Positions 1 to 7,448 of a stretch of DNA of 58,642 nucleotides are shown here, one piece after another (the stretch's first letter is position 1; every line of letters begins with the position of its first letter). Under the pieces are notes generated by a model, which was not told where the DNA came from, made no database searches, and worked only from the letters and a program-made list of their open reading frames with translations. The position numbers and the translations under genes were made by a program. The DNA is from a bacterium (lineage in GTDB: Bacteria > Patescibacteriota > Minisyncoccia > Phycocordibacterales > Phycocordibacteraceae). The stretch lies in assembly GCA_021833245.1 (NCBI GenBank), contig JAKBGA010000002.1, forward strand, positions 1-58,642, given 5' to 3'.

Positions 1-507
1 TGGAGTGACGAACTGCTGTATGTGTCGCCGGTAATTGGATTCCGGTCGTCTGTGTGAGGGCGCGCGTTAGGGAAATCCGGCGCGCACATTCCCGAGCACG
101 GACGCAATTTCCTCTTTCGGGGGGAGAGAGGGCGCAAAGCGCGGTTTCAAGAAAACCTTCTAAGCATCAACTCTATAGACGACCGTACCGCAAACCGACA
201 CAGGTGGTCAGGTCGAGAAGACCAAGACGAACGAGTAAGATGTCCTCAAGGAACTCGGCAAAAAAGCGGCCGTAAGTTAGCGATAAGGCCTGCCCTTTCT
301 CCGTAAGGAGGCGGGGCCGCAGTGAAAGTTTCCCTGGCAACTGTTTACCAAAAACACAACTCCCTGCAAACTCGTAAGAGGAAGTATAGGGGGTGACACC
401 TGACCAATGCCGAAAGGTTAAGCACGGTGGGTCCTTCATAGCAATATGAAGGGCTGGACTGTGTATGCCCCGGTGAATGTCGGCGATAACTATAATCGTC
501 CTAAGGT

Positions 508-767
508 TCGCGGTACGACCCTCATGAAAATGAGAGTCGCTCCGCGAAGGACTAGGACGATTATGGAGGTAAACAACACAAGCTGCCTTGTTCTGTAGCA
601 ATACAGAACTTAGTCCAATCATAGCCATATGCTGGGAAGCGGATGGAAATTCGCGATCAGCAGGGAAGATTTGTGCGCTAATAAAGCGCATCAAAAACCC
701 TCAGATACCAAACGCTATGCTCCGCAAAAGCGGATGAAGTTATGGTACTTCGTTGAAAGGAACGAAC
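508..767 (+). mobile_element. ORF-less group I-like intron in 23S at ~E. coli U1931/A1932
   Basis: The conserved string cctaaggt (ends 507) | agcgtaattccttgtcgg (starts 768) is split by 260 nt absent from E. coli 23S. A guide-like gct-gccttg (582-590) pairs with both exon ends, with a U507.G585 wobble. A GAAA-capped hairpin spans 508-547. The last nt is C rather than omega-G, so the class or boundary is uncertain. Confidence 0.6.
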
Positions 768-1428
768 AGCGTAATTCCTTGTCGGGTAAGTTCCGACGTG
801 CACGAATGGTGTAATGACTGGGGAACTGTCTCGAGGACTCGCTCGGTGAAAATGCACTTCCGGTGAAGATGCCGGATACCTGTAGTTAGACGAAAAGACC
901 CCAGGAGCTTTACTACAGCTTCGTATTGGCGTTATGTGCTGCATGCGTAGCATAGAGAGGAGAGGTTGAAGCATCGGTTTTGGCTGATGTGGACTCGTCA
1001 GTGAAATACTCTTCTTGTTGTGTGTAACGTCTAACCCCAGCGGGATCCGCTGGGGGACCGTGCGTGGTGGGTAGTTTTGGTGGGGCGCTATCCTCCTAAA
1101 AAGTAACGGAGGAGTCTATTAAGGTTCTCTAGGCGCGAATGGAAACCGTGCCGATAGTGTAATGGCATAAGAGAGCTTAACTGCGAGGGGTACATCCCGA
1201 GCAGATGCGAAAGCAGAGCATAGTGAACCGATGGTACGCCTTAGAAGCGGCCAGAGATTAACGGATATAAGTTACCCTGGGGATAACAGGCTAGTTCCGC
1301 CCAAGCGTCCATAGCGACGGCGGAGTTCGGCACCTCGATGTCGGCTCACCTTAGCGCGGGGGTGGAGAAGCTCCCAAGCGTTTGGCTGTTCGCCAATTAA
1401 AAAGGTACGCGAGCTGGGTTCAAACCGT

Positions 1429-1680
1429 TCAGCAACTGATTTTGAATCGGTGATTGAACGGTTTGAACCCACGAGGAATAAGACAAAAATAAACTCACGG
1501 CGGTCTCGCATAGGAATATGCGGGAACCAAATCAACTAATATCGGTGGAACCCGCACTCGTTGTGTACGAGAGGGTAATACCGAGGGAAGCGAAAAGCAC
1601 CCGTAGAGACTGAATGTTGATCGCCCAGAACGGGCGAAGTTACAGTCCGATCCTCTGTGTAAGCAGAGTAAACATAGATG
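1429..1680 (+). mobile_element. ORF-less group I-like intron in 23S at ~E. coli U2593/C2594
   Basis: gggttcaaaccgt (ends 1428) | cgtgagacagg (starts 1681) corresponds to GGGUUUAGAACGU|CGUGAGACAG. The 252-nt insert ends in G1680. ctcacg-gcggt (1494-1504) forms a 6-bp P10 with 3' exon cgtgag and a 5-bp P1 with 5' exon accgt ending in U.G. Several GNRA-capped hairpins are present. Confidence 0.75.
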
Positions 1681-1743
1681 CGTGAGACAGGTTGGTCTCC
1701 TATCTACTACAGGCGTTGATTCTTGAGGAGGGTCGTCCCTAGT

Positions 1744-2144
1744 AAAGAATTGCTACTTCAGAGAGAAATCTCTGATGACAACGCGGCTTATAACGGTGAA
1801 GTCTACGGCGCTTCTGGTTTGAGAGTCGGATATCTTAAAGGTCCAGCGGATATCTAACTCACTTGAAAACCAGAATGTCGCTATGATAATACCGTGGGAA
1901 GTCGATTAAGTATTAACGATGCAGAATAAAAACTACACGAGCAAGAGACGAGAGATAAAACTGCTTCAGATACTTAGTTTGACCCCGTAACGACTTACGT
2001 TGAAACACACGTGGACTCATAGGTTTGAGGAATCATTTCATAGAGAATGACTGCTCCTATGGGTAAGATGCCGCCATCCTCATTTCGCATAAGCGGGGAA
2101 GGATGAAGATATAGTCTGCGCTCCTGGAAACAGGGGAAGAAGCG
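1744..2144 (+). mobile_element. ORF-less group I-like intron inside the 23S sarcin-ricin loop (~U2656/A2657)
   Basis: ccctagt (ends 1743) | acgagaggaccgg (starts 2145) rebuilds CCUAGUACGAGAGGACC. The 401-nt insert ends in G2144. A P1 hairpin tagta/tgcta (1740-1755) places a U1743.G1752 wobble at the junction. GAAA-capped hairpins include tcagaga-gaaa-tctctga. The boundary is ambiguous by 1 nt (A1744 = A2145). Confidence 0.7.
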
Positions 2145-2460
2145 ACGAGAGGACCGGGATGAACTGACCTCTGGTCTACCAGCTGTCCTGCCAAGGGCAC
2201 CGCTGGGTAGCTATGTCGGGTTGCGATAACCGCTGAAAGCATATAAGCGGGAAACGTGCTCCAAGATTAGGAATCGTTATGAGGCTCCTCGGAGATGACG
2301 AGGTTGATAGGCTCTAGATGGAAGCACCGTAAGGTGTGGAGTCGAGGAGTACTAATATGCCCAGTCTCTCGTGCGGAAATCTGTGTAGCACAATCGTTTG
2401 TTTGCACATAATCTTCAATACCAATGCGTGTTTTGTATACTTGAACATTTCGAATGTTCG

Positions 2461-2577
2461 GTTCTGGTGGTTTGGCGGGAGGGTCATACCCGATCTCATT
2501 CCGAACTCGGCAGTCAAGCCTCCTAGCGGCGATGGTACTCATCGTTTCAGATGGGGAGAGTAGCTAACCGCCAGAAC
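2461..2577 (+). rRNA. rrf: 5S rRNA
   Basis: The 117-nt sequence gttctggtgg...ccgaactcggcagtcaagcc...gagagtagc...ccagaac has complementary termini (helix I) and conserved CCGAAC and AGAGUAG motifs. It lies ~90 nt after the 23S 3' end. Confidence 0.9.
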
Positions 2578-2610
2578 TGAGCATTTGAAATATATTTCAG
2601 TTTCTACTAA

Positions 2611-2712
2611 CGTGGTGTAGCTCAGAGGTAGAGCGTCGAGGACGCCGGATGAGACATCTGGCAAACAAGCAAGTCTTCGAAGGTCGTTGGTTCGAATCCA
2701 ACCACCCGACCA
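2611..2712 (+). tRNA. Aberrant tRNA-like gene; anticodon not assignable
   Basis: It has a canonical D arm (tagctcagaggtagagc), a T arm (gttgg-ttcgaat-ccaac), an aggtc variable loop and an encoded A-CCA end. The acceptor stem is 6 bp with a bulged T2613. The anticodon stem tcgagga/tcttcga (2636-2642/2674-2680) encloses 31 nt, not 7, and no U33-NNN-R37 loop can be derived. Confidence 0.45.
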
Positions 2713-2719
2713 CTCTTTC

Positions 2720-2750
2720 GCCGCGCGATCTTATTTGCGCGGCATTTTAC
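2720..2750 (+). terminator. Hairpin terminator closing the 23S-5S-tRNA-like transcription unit
   Basis: A GC-rich 7-bp stem gccgcgc/gcgcggc (2720-2726/2737-2743) is followed by atttta. Confidence 0.5.
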
Positions 2751-2848
2751 TTACGGTATGCATATCGTGCAGCTTTGCGTTTCCCAGAGTTGAGGGTAGC
2801 TATATAACACCATACACAAAGCATGGTAGGTTTTGTTATACTACCCTC

Positions 2849-3613
2849 ATGTCCTGGGCAGCACGGAGAAGGCTCACCATTTTTCTGATCCTCGGTGCAG
2901 TTATTGTGATAATCTCTATAGGCATTTTTGCAACAGTCTTTTATAAGGCACCGTCTTGTGTTGACGGCATCCAGAATCAAGGCGAGATGGGAATAGATTG
3001 TGGTGGTCCATGCCCATATCTTTGCAATGCGCTCGAACAGCCACCAACTGTTCTTTTTACCACGGTACTTACCAATAATGCAGGGCGTACAGATATCGTT
3101 GCGTCAATTGAGAATAAAAATATCGATGCGGCCGCAAAAGGTGTTCCATACACCATAATGCTTTATGGTAGCGATCAGACTCTTGTTCAGAAAATTTCTG
3201 GCACACTTGATTTACCACCAGGCGCAAAAGAAACAATCTTCATGCCCGGGGTTGCGTCAGGGACGCAGAAAATCACAAGCGCATTCCTTAGTATCGCGTC
3301 ATCTTCACCGCGATGGTTTACCATGACCGTTGATCCACGTATTATACCGACCGTGTCAAACATAATACAAAGTGGTTCCATAAATGCGCCGCGTATAGAT
3401 GCGACTCTCACAAACAGCAGTGTCACGACACTTGAGGACGTGCGAGTGATCGTACTTGTGCGTGACGCGCAAAACAATGTCATCGCGGCTTCAGAAACTA
3501 TTGTGCCTTCTATTCCCGCGCAAGGTACTGCAACAGCAACGTTTACGTGGAACAATGCATTCCCAAGTATTCCAGTTTCGATAGAAATAACGCCGGTTAT
3601 TCCTCTGCCCTAG
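2849..3613 (+). CDS. Membrane-anchored hypothetical protein with a Cys-rich motif
   Basis: ATG 2849 lies downstream of the terminator. The protein has an N-terminal TM helix (LTIFLILGAVIVIISIGIFATVF), then CVDGIQNQGEMGIDCGGPCPYLC and a beta-rich domain. The longer TTG-2687 ORF would overlap the tRNA-like gene. Confidence 0.7.
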   Translation: MSWAARRRLTIFLILGAVIVIISIGIFATVFYKAPSCVDGIQNQGEMGIDCGGPCPYLCNALEQPPTVLFTTVLTNNAGRTDIVASIENKNIDAAAKGVPYTIMLYGSDQTLVQKISGTLDLPPGAKETIFMPGVASGTQKITSAFLSIASSSPRWFTMTVDPRIIPTVSNIIQSGSINAPRIDATLTNSSVTTLEDVRVIVLVRDAQNNVIAASETIVPSIPAQGTATATFTWNNAFPSIPVSIEITPVIPLP

Positions 3614-3635
3614 CTAATTAGAGAAAATCTCACTT

Positions 3636-4769
3636 ATGGTTTCTCAGCCACGCACGCGCCCCAACATTTTTTTTGATTGGACACTCCTCTTTCCGGCACT
3701 GTTACTCTCATTTTTGGGGACACTCACAATGAATACGTTCGGGCAGGGGGCGTCGCTTGCGCCGCGACAGCTTATTTGGATTGTCATTGCGACCTGCATT
3801 TATTTCACATTGTCCACACTGGACATGCGTTTTATTCGTCGAACAGTAGTTGTTATGACGTTATATGGAGTTTCCATCCTACTCCTTGCGCTTGTGCTTG
3901 TCGCTGCACATCCGGTCCTGGGTGCACGAGCATGGTTTTCGCTCGGGCCAGTTTCTTTTCAGCCTGCGGATCTCGCGAAATTTTCTATCATAGCATTACT
4001 CGCTAAATATTTATCACGTCGACATGTTGAAATTGGAGATTTCCGCCACATCATCGTCTCGGGTGCATACATGCTCATTATCGTGCTGCTTGTTCTTATT
4101 GAACCGGACTTAGGGAACGCAATTATCCTTAGTGTACTCTGGCTTGGCATGATGCTTATCTCGGGCATTTCAAAGAGGCACCTTGTTGTACTTGGGTGCA
4201 TTGGCGCTATCGTCGCCGTTGCGTTCTGGTTTGGGGGATTAAAGCCCTATCAGCGCGAACGCATCATTTCTTTTGTGAATCCGGCGAGTAACATTCGTGG
4301 CGCTGGTTATAACGCGTATCAGGCAAAAATTGCCGTCGGTTCGGGGGAACTCCTTGGGAAAGGTATTGGGTACGGTACACAATCAAAACTTCGTTTTTTG
4401 CCAGAATATCAAACTGATTTTATCTTTGCGGCGTTTGCGGAAGAATGGGGTTTTATTGGGGTATTACTTTTGCTCTCTATATACGCACTTCTTTTTGTGC
4501 GGCTCGCGCAGATTGCGCGCACATCCGCAACAAATTTTGACGCGTTTTTTACACTCGGCGTGCTCATACTCTTTGCGGCACATGTTGTGATACATATAAG
4601 CATCAGTCTCGGACTCTTGCCGGTTACGGGAACAACGATACCATTTATGAGTTCTGGTGGTTCACATCTCGTGCTTGAATTTGCCACGCTCGGCATCGTA
4701 ACTTCGCTCGCACGTCATGGTCGTAGTGCATCACGTGACATAAGTGCGAATGAATATGTGGGTGGTTAA
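3636..4769 (+). CDS. SEDS-family peptidoglycan glycosyltransferase (FtsW/RodA/SpoVE)
   Basis: Polytopic membrane protein carrying family motifs YQTDFIFAAFAEEWGFIG and GLLPVTGTTIPFMSSGGS. Confidence 0.9.
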   Translation: MVSQPRTRPNIFFDWTLLFPALLLSFLGTLTMNTFGQGASLAPRQLIWIVIATCIYFTLSTLDMRFIRRTVVVMTLYGVSILLLALVLVAAHPVLGARAWFSLGPVSFQPADLAKFSIIALLAKYLSRRHVEIGDFRHIIVSGAYMLIIVLLVLIEPDLGNAIILSVLWLGMMLISGISKRHLVVLGCIGAIVAVAFWFGGLKPYQRERIISFVNPASNIRGAGYNAYQAKIAVGSGELLGKGIGYGTQSKLRFLPEYQTDFIFAAFAEEWGFIGVLLLLSIYALLFVRLAQIARTSATNFDAFFTLGVLILFAAHVVIHISISLGLLPVTGTTIPFMSSGGSHLVLEFATLGIVTSLARHGRSASRDISANEYVGG

Positions 4770-5914
4770 CGATACACAGTGGCGGTTTTTTCGAGCATCT
4801 GCTCGATAGAGAACTCTACTAAAACTTTCCTGCGAAGCGCCTCACCAAGGGTAAGACGTTTCTGTGGGTTGTCTATAAGCATCTCAAGCGCTCGCGCAGC
4901 AGACTCTACGTTTTTCGCCTCAACGAGTATGCCCGTTTGTTCATCAACAATATCAGTCGTGCCAGAGATGCGACTCCCAACTACAGCACAATGAGCCTGA
5001 GCAGCCTCAAGCAAGACATACGGAAGCCCTTCTTTTACCGATAAGAGAGTGAAGATATCGAAAGCGCTGAGGTATAGTCGTGCATTTGGTACAAAACCAA
5101 GTAAGAACACATTTTCAGAAAGCTGTTCATGGAGGATAAGTTTTTCTAGTACAATACGATTTTCGCCCTCGCCAATAATGCAAAGCACAAATGCGCGACC
5201 CCGCTTCTTCAGAAGTGCAGAAGCTCGTATGAGATATGATAATGCTTTATTACGAGTAAGTTCGGCGATCGTACCGATCCATACATCTCTATCACCCATG
5301 GAAGGGATTAACTTTTTCCTTGCAGAGATGCGTTCCATGGGGTGGAAGGGTGCGATGCCATTATGTACAAGACGGATTGCATGTTTGCAAAAAGGGAATC
5401 GTCTTGCTCGTGCATAGGCATCACGTGAAATAACGATTGTACGATGAGCGAGTAAAAATGTCGTCCATGTCGATAGCCAGATAAAAATTTTGATAAAGAA
5501 CGGGCGATCTTCATCATAGGCTAAACCGTGTGAAGTAAACACGATACGTCGTACTCCAGCAATGCGACCGGCAAGTGAGCCAAGCCCCCCTGCCTTTGAG
5601 CTGTTGAGATGGAGCACGTCTGGCTTCTCGGAACGCACTATCCGTAACAGCTCAAAAAATACTGAAAAATCGCGCGTGATGCTGATATCGCGCGCGAACG
5701 AAGAAATGAAAATTGTTCGTACTCCAGCCTCTGCGAGACGCGTTGAGAGTAGCCCTGCGGATGCCCCTGCTTCTCCTGTACCGCCGAGCGCAACCAGGAC
5801 ATTTCCACCGGCGCCAGCAAAACGTGTCGCAAGTGTATAAACATACTCCTGGGCGCCACCCCAGTTCGATTTTGTTATAACGAACAGTATCTTTTTAGCA
5901 GCCAAGGTTTCCAT
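4766..5914 (-). CDS. Glycosyltransferase family 4 (GT-B)
   Basis: N-terminal KILFVITKSNWGGAQ and C-terminal E-x7-E region SVKEGLPYVLLEAAQAHCAVVGS. It overlaps the SEDS gene stop by 4 nt in convergent orientation. Confidence 0.85.
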   Translation of the reverse strand: METLAAKKILFVITKSNWGGAQEYVYTLATRFAGAGGNVLVALGGTGEAGASAGLLSTRLAEAGVRTIFISSFARDISITRDFSVFFELLRIVRSEKPDVLHLNSSKAGGLGSLAGRIAGVRRIVFTSHGLAYDEDRPFFIKIFIWLSTWTTFLLAHRTIVISRDAYARARRFPFCKHAIRLVHNGIAPFHPMERISARKKLIPSMGDRDVWIGTIAELTRNKALSYLIRASALLKKRGRAFVLCIIGEGENRIVLEKLILHEQLSENVFLLGFVPNARLYLSAFDIFTLLSVKEGLPYVLLEAAQAHCAVVGSRISGTTDIVDEQTGILVEAKNVESAARALEMLIDNPQKRLTLGEALRRKVLVEFSIEQMLEKTATVYR

Positions 5915-5961
5915 AAAGGCAACTGTACAATATATTTACACGTTATAGTATCCATATACGT

Positions 5962-7296
5962 ATGGTTTTCGACCGTCGCGAAACGACTATTCTCCTCACA
6001 GGAGATTTCCTAGTCCTGGTGGTGTCTCTCTGGACAGCCCTCTTTCTCCGTAACCTTACACTGCCATCGTTAAGTTACTTTAAAGAGAACGTAGTGCCAT
6101 TTTTACCCATGTTCTTTCTTTCGCTGATGGTTTTCTATATTGCCGGTCTTTACGAGAAGCAGACGCGCCCAATTCAACGTGTGATGGGTGTACGCATTCT
6201 AGGCGCGCAGGCCGCAACGGTTGCAATTGTTGCCATACTTTTTTTTGTCCTTCCTCTTTCCATCGCGCCAAAAACTATTCTCGTGCTCTATCTTATTGTG
6301 TCAGTGGTAGCCGAAAGTTTATGGCGCTTCATGCGTATGAGGCGTGAGGTCGCGGAAGACAAGCGTATGCCGACACTCCTTGTTGGTTCCAGTCCCGCGG
6401 CTCTCGAATTACAGGATGAAGTAAATGGAAGTAATCAATACCTCATCCGATTTGTGGATCGCGTCAAAACAAAAGGCCTTTCGGGCAGTGCAATATTGCA
6501 TACGATTAAAACCGAAATCAAAGAAGAAGCTCGATTTGTTGTTATAGATACATCTGATCCAGCTTTTGGGCATGATATATACACGTTTTATGATCTTATA
6601 TCAGATGCGACGTTTCTTGACCTTATTTCTCTGTATGAAGAAATTTTTGATCGGGTACCCCTGGATCACATGAGCTCAACGCAACTGTTCGATTTTTTGC
6701 CAAAACGACGAGCTCTTTATGATCTTTCGAGGCGTATATTTGATATTGCATTTGCCGCTATTGGCACCATTATTGCCACTCCATTCATTATTGTTTCGGC
6801 ACTCGTGCTTTTTGCTACAGGTGGTACGCCTTTCATCTATCAGGAACGTGTTGGGAAGGGCGGGCGTAGTATTCGACTTATCAAACTTCGCACCATGCTG
6901 TTCTTCGATGCGGGAGATCCCGAGAAGCAGAAACGAAATCATGTCACGAAAGTTGGTCGTTTTTTGCGTAAGACGCGCATCGATGAGTTACCACAACTCT
7001 GGAATATTCTCACGGGGGATTTATCATTCATTGGACCACGACCAGAGCTACCAAAGATCGCCGAGGTATATGAGCGAGAGATTCCGCAGTATCGTATGCG
7101 CTATCTAATTACCCCAGGACTTTCTGGCTGGGCGCAAATACACGACTCTAATGTGCCACGTGGACAAGCGGATGTTGTGCGTACACGCCGGAAACTTTCA
7201 TTCGACTTATATTATCTGAAGCATCGTTCCTTTGGACTTGATCTTGCCATCACACTCAAGACGTTTCGTGCGCTTGCTTCTCTTTCGGGAACCTGA
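5962..7296 (+). CDS. Polyprenyl-phosphate sugar phosphotransferase (WbaP/ExoY-type initiating transferase)
   Basis: N-terminal TM helices. The C-terminal bacterial sugar transferase domain contains KLRTM, DELPQLWNILTGDLSFIGPRPE and PGLSGWAQ. Confidence 0.88.
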   Translation: MVFDRRETTILLTGDFLVLVVSLWTALFLRNLTLPSLSYFKENVVPFLPMFFLSLMVFYIAGLYEKQTRPIQRVMGVRILGAQAATVAIVAILFFVLPLSIAPKTILVLYLIVSVVAESLWRFMRMRREVAEDKRMPTLLVGSSPAALELQDEVNGSNQYLIRFVDRVKTKGLSGSAILHTIKTEIKEEARFVVIDTSDPAFGHDIYTFYDLISDATFLDLISLYEEIFDRVPLDHMSSTQLFDFLPKRRALYDLSRRIFDIAFAAIGTIIATPFIIVSALVLFATGGTPFIYQERVGKGGRSIRLIKLRTMLFFDAGDPEKQKRNHVTKVGRFLRKTRIDELPQLWNILTGDLSFIGPRPELPKIAEVYEREIPQYRMRYLITPGLSGWAQIHDSNVPRGQADVVRTRRKLSFDLYYLKHRSFGLDLAITLKTFRALASLSGT

Positions 7297-7448
7297 ATCA
7301 CAGGAGAACTAACCGTAATTACCTGCGAGTATAGTTTTACTGATATGGGCATCTTCATTACGAGAGATGCTTTCCTTATGGAAAGGGCAATGAATATATG
7401 AAATACGCAAGGTCTTCGCTTTTTCTCTATTTCGTTTATAATCTCCAT

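Larger units (their letters stand above)
1..2370 (+). rRNA. rrl: 23S rRNA, 3' half (5' end outside the window), interrupted by three insertions
   Basis: Manual alignment to E. coli 23S. Landmarks: ccgtaccgcaaaccgacacaggtgg (183-207); ggataacaggct and cacctcgatgtcggctc of the peptidyl-transferase region (1281-1347); sarcin-ricin loop agt|acgagaggacc; 3' end gaggttgataggc...gtactaat (~2300-2365). The 3' end is +/-10 nt. Confidence 0.95.

Noticed and set aside
54-2563. ORF-track entries inside the 23S/5S region (54-275, 173-694, 629-814, 678-974, 1272-1535, 2057-2242, 2267-2542, 2314-2517, 2336-2563). I considered that some might be intron-encoded homing endonucleases.
   Set aside because: They lie in, or run across, conserved rRNA sequence and intron/exon boundaries. 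They are short and Arg/Ser/Cys-rich. None shows LAGLIDADG, GIY-YIG, HNH or His-Cys box motifs. The three introns are best treated as ORF-less.
2687-2848. The long form of the ORF starting at TTG 2687.
   Set aside because: It would begin inside the T arm of the tRNA-like gene and read through the rRNA-operon terminator. The internal ATG at 2849 gives a sensible TM-anchored N-terminus.
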